64,000 bases of DNA from Candidatus Eiseniibacteriota bacterium (GCA_963725865.1 CAVSAC010000014.1:160001-224000), one strand, 5' to 3'. Positions 43,084 to 52,905 are shown, counted from the stretch's first letter. The notes: generated by a model not told the origin, from the sequence alone. Numbers and translations: made by a program.

Positions 43084-43113
43084 TTGACGCGCGCGTGGTC
43101 CGGAACGTAGATT
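43084..43113 (+). promoter_or_regulatory. Sigma70-type promoter of tRNA-Lys
   Basis: TTGACG-N18-TAGATT upstream of the tRNA. Confidence 0.6.
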
Positions 43114-43156
43114 CCCTGCCGCTCTTGTCCGCACCCCGGCGTGCGGCTCGCGGTGT

Positions 43157-43232
<76 letters not shown>

Positions 43233-43684
43233 ACCTACGGCGGGTGAACGGGGAATCTGGTCCCGTTTCACCCTCCGAGTGGCCGCGTGGCACCGCGCGA
43301 GTCGCTGAGCTCCCTCCCGACCAAGATCTCGCCGATCGTGCCTCAGCATGGGTCACGGCGATCGAGCCATGCCACCATCGCCCGCAGCATGGCATGCGGG
43401 CCGCCAGCCCCCCCCCGTGGATTCCGAGCGGGCATTTCATGATCCACGATCCCGATTGGCCATAGTTCTCCGAACGCCGGCCGCACGCGCTGGTCCAGCG
43501 GCCACCCACACCGCCCCGCCAGCGGCTCCGCAGCTCGGATGGAATGGAGCAGCGGTTTCCTACGCGGCCTTTCGCGCCTGACCGTCGCCACCTCGTGTGT
43601 CTCGACGAACCTGGGCGCAGAGCGCCGCATCCGATCTAGCTCCGACAACCAGTCGACGAATGCGCAGGCCGGCGAGGTCATCCA

Positions 43685-45001
43685 GTGAGAGTCGCCCGCA
43701 GTCACCGCATCGCCCGGCCGTCGATCCGCCGTCGGCTCCTCCGGCTGGCTCGCTCCCTCGGTCTTGCCTGCCTGACCGGCGGCGCGGTGGCAGGGCCGGC
43801 GGCGGCCCAGTGGACGCGCGTCGACGAGGTGCCGATCGCCAACATCTACAACGTGTGGACGACAGGAGACACGATCGCGGCCAGCTCCGACAGCACCGTG
43901 TTCGTGAGCTTCGATCGCGGTGTGACCTGGATCACGACCGCGAAGGTGGCCGCCGGCGTGATGTCGATCGAGGCGGTGAGGGTTCACAACGGCCGCTTGT
44001 ACGCCGGTACGCGTGGCCAGGGCGTGTTCGTGAGCAGCGATCGGGGCGCGACCTGGCAGAGCTTCAACCAGGGCCTCGTCGGCGGATTCGCCAACTCGCA
44101 GCTCGTCATCATGGACTTGCTGATTCGCGGAGACGATCTCTACGCCGCGACTGGAGGCGCGGGGCCCTGGACCCGCAACCTCGCGAGTGCGGGCGGGTGG
44201 TCGCACTACGGAAACGTGCTCGAGCCCGCCCAAGCCTCGAACATGGAGTCGATCGCCGGATCACCGACGAGGTTGCTGGCCTGCGCCGGCTTCAATGGCG
44301 ACGACTACCACCGGGACCTCGGAGATTCGGACTGGACGTTCGACTACCTCTTCGGCCATGTGGCCGCGGGGCTCGCGTCGCTCGCAGCGGTCTGGACGGG
44401 GAATTCCTGGCTCGTAGGGACCAATATCGGCGTGTTCCACAGCGCGCTCGGGCAATCGCCTTGGACATACACCGACTTCGGGCTCCATCCGACCCTCTTT
44501 GCTTCCTTCGCTCTTCACGGCGGAGTCGTGTACACGCACTTCGCCAGCGGGGAGGGCACCGGGATCGAATACAGCACCGACGACGGCACGAGCTGGAATG
44601 TGCTCGATGCGCTGCCCGCCACGTTCACCTACAACATCGCGACCATCGGCGACACGCTCTACGCCGGACGCGTGGATGGGCTGTGGCGCCGGCCCATCGA
44701 TCCCGCCCCCGTCTCCGTCCCCATCGCTGGTGCACCGGGAAGTCTGCACTTCGCGATCACGGGGCCGAATCCTATCCACGACGAGGCGCGGCTCCGATTC
44801 GAGCTGCCCGAGCCGGGACGGGTGCGCATCGATGTCTTCGACATCTCCGGCCGCCACCTGCCGGGAGGCGTCGACGAAACGCTCGCCGCGGGAGTGCACG
44901 AGATGCTCTGGCGAGCGGGGGACTTCCCGCCCGGGATCTACCTCGCTCGCCTCAGCGCCGGCGGCCGATCGGCGGCGGTGCGGCTCGTTAAGACGCGATG
45001 A
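43685..45001 (+). CDS. Secreted beta-propeller (BNR/Asp-box) protein with T9SS/FlgD-like CTD
   Basis: Signal peptide; Asp boxes SFDRGVTW, SSDRGATW, STDDGTSW; CTD GPNP...GIYLARL. Confidence 0.8.
   Translation: MRVARSHRIARPSIRRRLLRLARSLGLACLTGGAVAGPAAAQWTRVDEVPIANIYNVWTTGDTIAASSDSTVFVSFDRGVTWITTAKVAAGVMSIEAVRVHNGRLYAGTRGQGVFVSSDRGATWQSFNQGLVGGFANSQLVIMDLLIRGDDLYAATGGAGPWTRNLASAGGWSHYGNVLEPAQASNMESIAGSPTRLLACAGFNGDDYHRDLGDSDWTFDYLFGHVAAGLASLAAVWTGNSWLVGTNIGVFHSALGQSPWTYTDFGLHPTLFASFALHGGVVYTHFASGEGTGIEYSTDDGTSWNVLDALPATFTYNIATIGDTLYAGRVDGLWRRPIDPAPVSVPIAGAPGSLHFAITGPNPIHDEARLRFELPEPGRVRIDVFDISGRHLPGGVDETLAAGVHEMLWRAGDFPPGIYLARLSAGGRSAAVRLVKTR
44762..44970 (+). repeat. CTD-coding repeat, copy 1
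   Basis: Near-identical DNA to 46235-46443. Confidence 0.85.
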
Positions 45002-45085
45002 GCCACGCGAGCCCTCTTGCCCGCGGCGCTTGGCCGCGGGCACTCGCTCGCGTCGCGAAGGCAATCGTAACTTGCCGAGGCCATC

Positions 45086-46474
45086 GTGACCCTCGCGGTG
45101 GTGACATGCGCGGGTCCAACCATCGCTTCCCCGACGGGCGTGTACCACGTCGGCGCTGTCCCTCCGTTGGTCGGCCTCGCCGCCGTGAACGTGGTGGGCG
45201 ACGGGCGCCCGGATCTGATGACGGTCGCGCGGAGCGACCTTTCGATCCGAATCCTCCGCGGTGACGCGACTCTCGGTTTCGCCGACCCGATCGTGATTCC
45301 GGCCGGAAACGACGCCCGCAGGGCGGCGTCCGGAGACGTGAACGGCGACGGCGTCCCCGACGTGCTGGTGATCGGGCACGACAACGCGATCGACGTGCGC
45401 CTCGGTCTGGGGAACGGGCAGATCGGGCCGATCGCGCGCTACGGCTTGCGCAATCATGGGAACCACCTGGCGATCGCCGATCTGAACGGCGATCGGTTCG
45501 CGGACGTGGTCGCGGCGCACGACGGCTCGGGCCAGCCGGTGTACGTCACGGCGTTCCTCGGCTCCGCCGCCGGCGATCTGCAACAGGTCTGGGAGCTGGG
45601 CACGGTCTATGGCGCGTCCACGGGAATCACCGCCGGCGATTTCGACCACGACGGCAAGACCGACGTCGCCGTGGCCGTTTCCGACAATCGTGCCTCGGCC
45701 CTCGTGTTCCACGGGCTGGGCACCGGACAGTTCAGCGCACCCGTCGTGCTGCCCACCGTGGCGGCCGACCCCCTGGTGAGCGACGGCACCATCGCCATCG
45801 CTTCCGGCGATCTCGACGGTGACGGCTGGGACGATCTCGTGCTCGCGTGCTTCGACCTCACCAACCAGCTCGTCGTCAGGCGCGGCACCGCCGCCGGGTT
45901 CACCGAACCGCTCGAGATCGCGCTCCCTTCCCCGATCGCCGTCGCACTGGGTGATCTGAATGGAGACGGCAAGCTCGACGCCGTCGCGTGCAATCTCGAG
46001 CAGGGGACACTCTCTCTTCTGCAGGGCCGCGGCGACGGGTCGTTCGACGCGCCGGTCACGGTGCCGGTGAGCCCGCACCCGAGCGCGCTCGCCGTGGCGG
46101 ACCTCGACGGCAACGGCTTGGCCGATGTCGCGGTGACCGATATCGGCGACGACGCGATCCGGGTCTTCCTGAACCCCGCGGCCGCCGCGGTCCCGGATGA
46201 CGGCGAACCGCCGAGCCTCGGCTTTGCGCTGGAGGGGCCGAATCCCATCGACGACGAGGCGCGGCTCCGATTCGAGCTGGCCGAGCCGGGACGCGTGCGC
46301 ATCGACGTGTTCGACGTCTCTGGCCGCCACCTGCCGGGAGGCGTCGACGAAACGCTCGCCGCGGGGGCGCACGAGGTGCTCTGGCGGGCCCGGGACTTCG
46401 CGCCCGGGATCTACCTCGCTCGCCTCAGCGCCGGCGGTCGATCCCAGGCCGTCCGGTTCGTTCGGACGAGGTGA
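45086..46474 (+). CDS. Secreted FG-GAP/VCBS repeat protein with T9SS/FlgD-like CTD (true start possibly 44998 with a frame break)
   Basis: Repeated GDVNGDG/ADLNGD/GDFDHDG/GDLDGDG motifs; same CTD. Confidence 0.82.
   Translation: MTLAVVTCAGPTIASPTGVYHVGAVPPLVGLAAVNVVGDGRPDLMTVARSDLSIRILRGDATLGFADPIVIPAGNDARRAASGDVNGDGVPDVLVIGHDNAIDVRLGLGNGQIGPIARYGLRNHGNHLAIADLNGDRFADVVAAHDGSGQPVYVTAFLGSAAGDLQQVWELGTVYGASTGITAGDFDHDGKTDVAVAVSDNRASALVFHGLGTGQFSAPVVLPTVAADPLVSDGTIAIASGDLDGDGWDDLVLACFDLTNQLVVRRGTAAGFTEPLEIALPSPIAVALGDLNGDGKLDAVACNLEQGTLSLLQGRGDGSFDAPVTVPVSPHPSALAVADLDGNGLADVAVTDIGDDAIRVFLNPAAAAVPDDGEPPSLGFALEGPNPIDDEARLRFELAEPGRVRIDVFDVSGRHLPGGVDETLAAGAHEVLWRARDFAPGIYLARLSAGGRSQAVRFVRTR
46235..46443 (+). 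repeat. CTD-coding repeat, copy 2
   Basis: Near-identical DNA to 44762-44970. Confidence 0.85.
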
Positions 46475-46505
46475 GCGGCAGCTCAGGGAACGCACGCCGA
46501 AGCCC

Positions 46506-46590
46506 GGCACCTCTCTGGCCCAATGAGGCTCGTTCGGCAGCGGGAACGGGCAATTCCAGTACCCCGCGGGCGTCGCGACGGACGGCGTCG
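46506..46590 (+). pseudogene. NHL-repeat gene remnant
   Basis: GTSLAQ*GSFGSGNGQFQYPAGVATDG; TGA at 46524 where NHL repeats have Trp. Confidence 0.6.
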
Positions 46591-46690
46591 TAGGAGTGAC
46601 AGTCGGGATTGGCGTCGCCACTGTGTCGTGCGGTCTCGCGAGCGGCCCGGCCGCATCGGCATCCACCACATAGGGGACAAGTGGTCTCCC

Positions 46691-46730
46691 AATCAGTAGG
46701 TTGGAGGTTCGATTCCTTCGCGGCGCACCA
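46691..46730 (+). repeat. attR-like duplicate of the tRNA-Lys 3' half
   Basis: AATCAGTAGGTTGGAGGTTCGATTCCTTCGCGGCGCACCA, 39/40 match to 43193-43232. Confidence 0.92.
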
Positions 46731-46901
46731 TCCTCCGCTCGGCTCGCGGCCCCCTGGGGCGGCGGGCCGATCTCGTTCGGGTCCTGCGGGCCCGCCGCGA
46801 ACCGATTGACTCCCGAAGGAACGCCCCCTAGCGTGGCGCCGTCCACGGTCCTCCAGTCACCCGGGCGTCCGGCCGCGTGCCCACCACTCCGGAGAGTCCT
46901 C

Positions 46902-47423
46902 ATGCGCAGCTTCCGCCTCCTGCTGTCGCTCGCCGTGCTCGCGTCGTTCGCGTCGATCGCATCCGCCGCGGGGCCGAGCCCGTTCCAGCTGGCGCTGTTC
47001 AATCCGGCGCAGATCGTGCCGGAGAAGGCGTCGGTCTCGGGGTTGCGCATCGATCTGATCTACGGCGTGAACCAGGACGTGACGGGCCTCGACATCGGCC
47101 TCGTGAACCACGCCCGCGGCTCCGAGTTCGCATGGCAGTGGGGCGGCATCGGCATCGTCGAGAAGGACTTCACCGGCTGGCAGGACAACTGGGTGAGCAT
47201 CACGCGTGGCAGCTTCACCGGGCTGCAGACCGGATTGTTCAACCAGGCGGGCCAGGGCAATGGCGTCCAGTTCGGAGTGGTGAACGTGACCAAGTCGATG
47301 CACGGGCTGCAGCTCGGCGTGATCAATTCGACCGAGACGATGCACGGACTGCAGATCGGCGTGGGCAACATCATCCAGAAGGGCAAGATTCCGTTCTTGC
47401 CGATCGTGAACTGGTCGATGTGA
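46902..47423 (+). CDS. Exported Gly-rich repeat protein (LA_2272-like surface repeat)
   Basis: Signal peptide; repeated GLQ(L/I)GxxN units; C-terminal FLPIVNWSM. Confidence 0.75.
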   Translation: MRSFRLLLSLAVLASFASIASAAGPSPFQLALFNPAQIVPEKASVSGLRIDLIYGVNQDVTGLDIGLVNHARGSEFAWQWGGIGIVEKDFTGWQDNWVSITRGSFTGLQTGLFNQAGQGNGVQFGVVNVTKSMHGLQLGVINSTETMHGLQIGVGNIIQKGKIPFLPIVNWSM

Positions 47424-47438
47424 TCGTCGGCCACGACG

Positions 47439-47476
47439 CACGCGGGGCCCGGCGCCGGAAGGCACCGGGCCCCGCG
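47439..47476. terminator. Hairpin between convergent genes
   Basis: ACGCGGGGCCCGG...CCGGGCCCCGCGT inverted repeat. Confidence 0.55.
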
Positions 47477-47520
47477 TCGTTCCGGCGCGCGCGTGCACCG
47501 CGGCGACGGTCGCGCGCGCG

Positions 47521-48711
47521 TCAGCCGCGCCACCCCCACGCGAAGCCGACCAGCACCAGGCCAACGGCCGCGACCGCGAGCGCCACGCGCGCGCGCCCCG
47601 GCACCGTGCCGGTGGTCGCCACCGCGGCGGGCACGCCGAACGCGGCGCGCGCCTCGCGCACCGCGACGGCGAACGCGGTGGTCCACGCCACGGCCAGTGC
47701 CAGCAGCGGCGTCAGGTGCCCGCCGTGCGCGAGGGCCCGTGCGGTCTCGAGCCACAGCCGCGCGCCGGGCGTCCCGGGCACGCCGGCGAGCGAGAACAGC
47801 GCGAACAGGCCCGCCGTGCCCGCGAACGCGTGACGGCGGAACAGCACGGCCGCGGGCGCGGGGCCCGTGGTGACCGGCAGGAAGCGCGCGGCGAGTCCGG
47901 CGCCGGCGAGCGCGAGCACCAGATGCGCCGCCCACGCGTCCGCGTGCGGCAGGGTGCGCGGCGCGCCGGAGTGCGCCGCCGCCAGCGTCGCGAGCACCAG
48001 CCCGCCGTGCAGGCTCGCGAGCGTGCCCACCCGGCGCTCCGGACGCCGCTGCGTCACGAGCGTCGCCGCGCCGCCGAGGAAGGCGACCGTGGCTCCGAGC
48101 CCGAGCACCCCCGAGGCCAACTGCGCGGCGTCCGGAAACGCCTCGATCCCGACCAGCCGCTCGACGAGCCAGGCCGCACCCAGCACCTGCAGCGCGGCGG
48201 CGACCAGCGGCGCCAGCCAGCCGCGCGCGCCCTGCAGCAGGTCCGCGAGCCAGGAGTGGAACGGCGCCGCGCCCACCAGCACCACACCCGCCAGTAGCGA
48301 CAGCGGGAGCGCGGTCCGCCACAGCGTGGGTGGATCGATGGCGAGCGCGAGCACGCCCCACTGCTCGCCGGGCCGCGCGGTGCCGGCCGCGAGCGTGAGC
48401 AGGTGGACGCCTGCGAAGGAGAGCGCCAACGCCGGACCCACCACCCACGCCAGCTTGAGCGCGCACTCGCTCTGGAGCCGGTCGCTGCGCCCGAGCGCCA
48501 GCGTGGCCACCGCCAGCGCGACTCCCGGCACCGCCCAGGCCCCACCGGCCGGCGGGGTGATCGCGACCAGCGCGGCGAGCGCCGCGAGCGCGAGCGCGCC
48601 CAGGCTCGAGCGCCTCGCGCCCTGGCGCTCGAGCAGCAGCGTGAACAGCCCGACCAGCAGCGCGAGGGCCGCGGCGATCACGCGCAGCAGCTGCGGATCG
48701 GGCAGGGTCAT
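47521..48711 (-). CDS. Degenerate NuoN/antiporter-like membrane subunit
   Basis: SECALKL, GAAPFHSWLADLLQGA, ALFSLAGVPGTPG match NuoN-type motifs. Confidence 0.65.
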   Translation of the reverse strand: MTLPDPQLLRVIAAALALLVGLFTLLLERQGARRSSLGALALAALAALVAITPPAGGAWAVPGVALAVATLALGRSDRLQSECALKLAWVVGPALALSFAGVHLLTLAAGTARPGEQWGVLALAIDPPTLWRTALPLSLLAGVVLVGAAPFHSWLADLLQGARGWLAPLVAAALQVLGAAWLVERLVGIEAFPDAAQLASGVLGLGATVAFLGGAATLVTQRRPERRVGTLASLHGGLVLATLAAAHSGAPRTLPHADAWAAHLVLALAGAGLAARFLPVTTGPAPAAVLFRRHAFAGTAGLFALFSLAGVPGTPGARLWLETARALAHGGHLTPLLALAVAWTTAFAVAVREARAAFGVPAAVATTGTVPGRARVALAVAAVGLVLVGFAWGWRG

Positions 48712-50042
48712 CGCAGGAACGGGATCAGGATCGCGAGCAGCGCCACCGCCATCACGAGCAGCAGCACCTCCTGCGGATCCCCGGTGTGAAGGTCGCGGAC
48801 CGGCAGGGTGAGCGCGCGCAGCGCCGCCGTGATCGCCCGCACCAGGCGCCGCTCCACCGCCACCACCGCGCGGAACACCTCGCGCGCGAGCGCGCGTGCG
48901 ACGCGGCCGGCGCGTTCCATCCCCGCCATCGCCGGCGCGACCACGCGCGTGCTGCGTGTGGCGATGCCGAGCGCGCCACCGACCAGCGCGGGCAGCAGCG
49001 CGAGCGCGGCCTCCGGCCATGCCGCCTCGAGTCCGGTCCACCACGCGAGCAGCAGTGCCACGGGACCGAGCGCCAGCGTCACGACCGCCCCGGCGTGGCT
49101 GAGCGTCAAAGCGCGGTCGCGGCGCTGCAGCTGGCGCCGCTCGGGCGCCTCGACGAACCGCCGCACCGAGATCCACGCGCTCAGTGCGACCGGCACCGCG
49201 GCCGCCGACGTGGCGAGCCACGGCGGCCCCGGCGCGCGACCGGCCATCAGCTCGAGCAGCAGCGGCCAGGCGAGCGCCGCCGAGGCGGTCCACGACGCGA
49301 TGCGCCACATGCGGTGGAGCAGCGCGCCGCGTCGCGGGCTCGCGCCGCGCAGTTCGCCCGCGAGCAGGAACGCGCGGCTGCCGCAGGCCGCGATCCAGAG
49401 CAGGAACGTCACCGCGGGATGCAGCCGCCCGACCGCCACCAGCAACGCGGCGAGCGCCCCGTCGGCGACCGCGAGCCAGCGCAGGTTCGCGGTCCACTGC
49501 AAGCGCCCGAATGCGCGCAGCGTGCCCAGCAGCGCCGTGAGCACGAGCAGCACGGCAGCCGCCGCGCGGACCGCCGGCAGCGTGGTCCACACCTCGGCGT
49601 GCCGCCACAGCACCAGGAACCCCGCCGCCGGCAGCAGCACCGGCAGCCACGGACGCATCGCCAGCAGCGGTCCCGGCAGGTCGGAATACGGGCGCGCGGC
49701 GGGCAGCGCCGCGAGCAGCTCCAGCCCTGCCCACACCAGCGCGACCGCCTCGACCCCGCGAATCACCGTGGCGACGTGCGGATGCGCGACCGACGTGCGC
49801 AGGACCACCCCCGCGGCCGCCGCGAGCCACAGCGCCAGCGCCGGCCGCCGCAGCCAACCCCAGCGCGGCAGCTGCTCCTGCGCGTCGTCGGCCGCGCGCG
49901 CCCACAGCCAGAAGGCCAGCGCCAGGCACTCGAGCGCGAGCGCGCCGGTCCACAGCGGCTGCGCCATGAGCAATGGGTACGCCACCACCGCGCACAGCGT
50001 GCCGAGGAGGCGGGGGCCGGGAGCGCGCAGGGTCGGTCGCAT
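48708..50042 (-). CDS. Degenerate NuoL/MrpA-like membrane protein
   Basis: Many TM segments; C-terminal amphipathic stretch then LHTGDPQEVLL resembling the NuoL LQTG tail. Confidence 0.45.
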   Translation of the reverse strand: MRPTLRAPGPRLLGTLCAVVAYPLLMAQPLWTGALALECLALAFWLWARAADDAQEQLPRWGWLRRPALALWLAAAAGVVLRTSVAHPHVATVIRGVEAVALVWAGLELLAALPAARPYSDLPGPLLAMRPWLPVLLPAAGFLVLWRHAEVWTTLPAVRAAAAVLLVLTALLGTLRAFGRLQWTANLRWLAVADGALAALLVAVGRLHPAVTFLLWIAACGSRAFLLAGELRGASPRRGALLHRMWRIASWTASAALAWPLLLELMAGRAPGPPWLATSAAAVPVALSAWISVRRFVEAPERRQLQRRDRALTLSHAGAVVTLALGPVALLLAWWTGLEAAWPEAALALLPALVGGALGIATRSTRVVAPAMAGMERAGRVARALAREVFRAVVAVERRLVRAITAALRALTLPVRDLHTGDPQEVLLLVMAVALLAILIPFLR

Positions 50043-50045
50043 GCG

Positions 50046-50702
50046 TCAGTCGCGCAAATCGTGCGCGAGCGCGATGCGGTCACTGCCGACCGCCGCCTCG
50101 CGCGCGGCGGACAGCCGCTCCACCAGTGCGAGGGCGAGTGCCGTGCCGACCAGGGGCAGCGCGGAGGGCGGCGCGGCACCGGGACCTTCGGCGATACGGG
50201 CGGCATCCTCCAGCAGCTGGAGCCCGAGGCCGAGTGCCGCGAACGAGAGCGCCGCGCGGCGCGCGCGGCGCCGCAGTCCCAGGTGCGTGAGCCCGGCCAC
50301 CAGCACCAGCAGGGCGACGGTCGCCCGGCGGTCGGCGTCGCGTCCGAGGTCGGCGCGCGCGAGCGCAGCCATCACCAGCACCAGCAGCGCAAGTCCGACC
50401 GCCAGCCCGACCACGCTCGACTCGATCCCGCCGAGCAGCGCGCTCCGGGGACGCGGCGGCTGCGCGCCGCTCGCGCGGCCAGCCAGCCAACCCGCCGCGA
50501 TCCACAGCACGCACCAGCCGGCGACGCGCGGCCACGGACCCGGCTCGGGCAGGAACGGCAGCGCGATCGCGACCCCGATCGCCGCCACGCGGGCGATCCC
50601 GCGGCCGGGCAGGATCAGCGAGAGGGCGATGCACACGGCCGGCGTGAGCCAGCGCGCCATCGCGAGCGGATCGAGCGTGGTCCAGGCGTCGAGGAAGTTC
50701 AC
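50046..50702 (-). CDS. Membrane protein, possibly HyfE/NuoK-like
   Basis: About 6-7 TM segments in 218 aa; tightly linked to the antiporter-like genes. Confidence 0.4.
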   Translation of the reverse strand: MNFLDAWTTLDPLAMARWLTPAVCIALSLILPGRGIARVAAIGVAIALPFLPEPGPWPRVAGWCVLWIAAGWLAGRASGAQPPRPRSALLGGIESSVVGLAVGLALLVLVMAALARADLGRDADRRATVALLVLVAGLTHLGLRRRARRAALSFAALGLGLQLLEDAARIAEGPGAAPPSALPLVGTALALALVERLSAAREAAVGSDRIALAHDLRD

Positions 50703-50760
50703 GCGGGCTCCCTCCGCGCGGGCGGGGTGGCGCGATCGCGGCCGGCGAAGCGGCCGGGCG

Positions 50761-51228
50761 CTACGGGATGTAGACGCTCTCCGCCTGCTGCAGCGTCGCC
50801 ATGAACTCCTCGCCGCTGCGGGCTTCGCGCAGGCTGCGGCGCACGCCCTCCTCCTTGAGGAGACGCGAGATGTTGGCGAGCACCTTCACGTGCAGGGTGG
50901 TGGCACTCTCGGGTGACACGAACAGGACGACGAGATGGACCAACTGGCCGTCCTCGGCCTCGAATTCGAGCCCCTCGGGGATGACCCCGACGGCGGCCGC
51001 CATCCGGTCCACCGCGCGGGCCTTGCCGTGCGGGATGGCGATGCCGTTGCCGATCGCGGTGGTCATCATGGCCTCGCGCCGCATGACGCGGTCGAGGATC
51101 TCGCCCTGGCTGGCGAAGCCGTGGGCCGCCTCCAGCACCCCGACCAGCTCGACCAGCGCTTCGCGCTTGGTCTTGGCCTTGAGGCGCAGCGTGATGGCCG
51201 AGGGATTGAGCAGCTCGGAGAGTCGCAT
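50761..51228 (-). CDS. PTS EIIA (PtsN/fructose-type) domain protein
   Basis: RE..MTTAIGNGIAIPHG phospho-His motif; HVKVLANISRLL. Confidence 0.9.
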   Translation of the reverse strand: MRLSELLNPSAITLRLKAKTKREALVELVGVLEAAHGFASQGEILDRVMRREAMMTTAIGNGIAIPHGKARAVDRMAAAVGVIPEGLEFEAEDGQLVHLVVLFVSPESATTLHVKVLANISRLLKEEGVRRSLREARSGEEFMATLQQAESVYIP

Positions 51229-51276
51229 GGGTGATCAGCTCCGGACCCGCACCGCAAGGTATCGTGTGGACTCCGG

Positions 51277-51305
51277 AACGTAGGCAGCACGCGCGGGGGT
51301 GTCAA
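51277..51305 (-). promoter_or_regulatory. Sigma70-type promoter of the EIIA operon
   Basis: TTGACA-N17-TACGTT. Confidence 0.65.
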
Positions 51306-51555
51306 GCACCTTTCGTCGCAAACTACCCGCGCGACGCGCGGCGAGCTCGTCGCGCGCGCGTCGCTCGAGCGTCGCGCGATGGGCGGACTGACCCATCAGC
51401 ACCCGCCGATGGGTATGCTAGACTCGTGGTGTCCGCGTACGGGGTCTTCAGCCAACGGACGGCCCAGCCCCCGAGACCAGCTTGCTTCGCCACCCGTCAT
51501 GGGAGACCGACACGGACATGCAGCGGGCCGCCCGGCAGGGAGGCAGGGACGCCCC

Positions 51556-52905
51556 ATGAAGCAGAAGCACATCGATTTTCGTGAGCTGCTCGAGCGGCTG
51601 CTGCCGCTCGAACGCCTGCCCGCGGTGGATCGCCTGCGCGTGCAGCGCGCCCTCGCCGCCGGGGTGGGCGAGCAGATCGAGCAGGCGGGCATGACCGCCC
51701 TGGCGCTGCTCGAACAGGCTGGTGCGCTCCGTCGCATGCCCGCGGTCATGCGCCCCGACGGGGCCGTGCTCCAGTATCAGACCACCTCCGGCCTCGACGT
51801 CATCACCGTCCAGGTGCCCGGCCCGCGCGAGCAGGGCGGCGTGCGCGTGTACCCACGTTCCGCGCTGCCGGCGCAAGCGCTCGCGAGCCTCGAGCAGGTG
51901 CGCCAGCTCCTGCACCTCGACGATCCGATGCTGCTGTCCGATCCCCGCCGCGGGCGCGCGCGCGGCGCGCTCATCGACCAGGTGGAGCTCGCCGGCCAGC
52001 AGTTCCTCGGCGCGAGCCACACCCGGCTGTTGGTCGCCTCCGACGACGGGACGGAGAGCGAGGGCGCGGGCGAAGACCCGCCGTTCGACGCCGAGCTGGC
52101 CGAGCTGGCGCGGGCGTGTCCGGACGAGCTGTACTACTGCCCCGACACCGCCCGGGCCCCAGCGCTCGCTGCGGCGGCGCGGCGCGCGGGCGTCAGCGCG
52201 CTGGTGGCGGTCGCGGTGACCTCGCCGGAGCAGGAAGTGCTCGGGCATCTGGAGGTGTGGAGCACGGCGCGCGAGGCGTTCCAGCCCGAGGAGCTGTCGT
52301 TGATCGCGCTGCTGGCCGACTCGTGCGGCCGGGCGCTCGAGCGCGCGGCGCGCATCGAGAAGTTGGTGTTCGTCGATCCGCTCACCACGGTCTACAACCG
52401 CTCCTACTTCGACCTGCAGGTCTCGAACGAGATGGCGCGCGCGCAGCGCGATCGCACCTCGATGGCCCTGCTGCTCGCCGACATCGACGACTTCAAGGCG
52501 ATCAACACGGCGTTCGGCTACGAGGCCGGCAATCAGGCGCTGGTCCAGGTGGCCCAGGCGCTGCGCCACGCAGTGCGCCCGTTCGACACCGTGGCGCGCT
52601 GGGGGGGCGAGGAGTTCACGGTGCTCCTCACGTCACCGGTCGAGGCCGACGACGCCGCCACGATCTCGGAGCGCCTGCGCACGATCATCGAACGGCTGCC
52701 GGTGCGCATCGAGGGGCTCGACCGCCGCTCGCACCGCGTCACCGTCACGATGAGCATCGGCGTGGCCCTGTTCCCCGAGCACGCGGACAACCCGCAGGAG
52801 CTGTGGCGCGCCGCCAATCACGCGCTGCTGCGCGCCAAGCGACCGCCGAAGAACCAGGTCGTGTTCTACCAGGCGCAGGGCGACCCGAAGCTCAAGATCC
52901 GCTGA
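51556..52905 (+). CDS. GAF-GGDEF diguanylate cyclase
   Basis: DPLTTVYNR, DIDDFKAIN, RPFD I-site, ARWGGEEF. Confidence 0.9.
   Translation: MKQKHIDFRELLERLLPLERLPAVDRLRVQRALAAGVGEQIEQAGMTALALLEQAGALRRMPAVMRPDGAVLQYQTTSGLDVITVQVPGPREQGGVRVYPRSALPAQALASLEQVRQLLHLDDPMLLSDPRRGRARGALIDQVELAGQQFLGASHTRLLVASDDGTESEGAGEDPPFDAELAELARACPDELYYCPDTARAPALAAAARRAGVSALVAVAVTSPEQEVLGHLEVWSTAREAFQPEELSLIALLADSCGRALERAARIEKLVFVDPLTTVYNRSYFDLQVSNEMARAQRDRTSMALLLADIDDFKAINTAFGYEAGNQALVQVAQALRHAVRPFDTVARWGGEEFTVLLTSPVEADDAATISERLRTIIERLPVRIEGLDRRSHRVTVTMSIGVALFPEHADNPQELWRAANHALLRAKRPPKNQVVFYQAQGDPKLKIR

Larger units (their letters stand above)
43233..46730. mobile_element. tRNA-Lys-integrated genomic islet (no integrase seen)
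   Basis: Bounded by the tRNA 3' half and its direct repeat at 46691-46730; visibly less GC-rich; carries two secreted-protein genes and gene debris. Confidence 0.75.

Noticed and set aside
43240..43684. Integrase remnant inside the islet
   Set aside because: I found no recognisable tyrosine or serine recombinase motif in any frame; region left unassigned
44762..46443. Template/variable repeat pair of a diversity-generating retroelement
   Set aside because: No reverse transcriptase in the window, both copies are coding, and the differences are not confined to adenines
46691..46730. Second tRNA gene
   Set aside because: Only the 3' 40 nt are present; no D arm, anticodon or 5' acceptor strand, so it is an att-type duplicate
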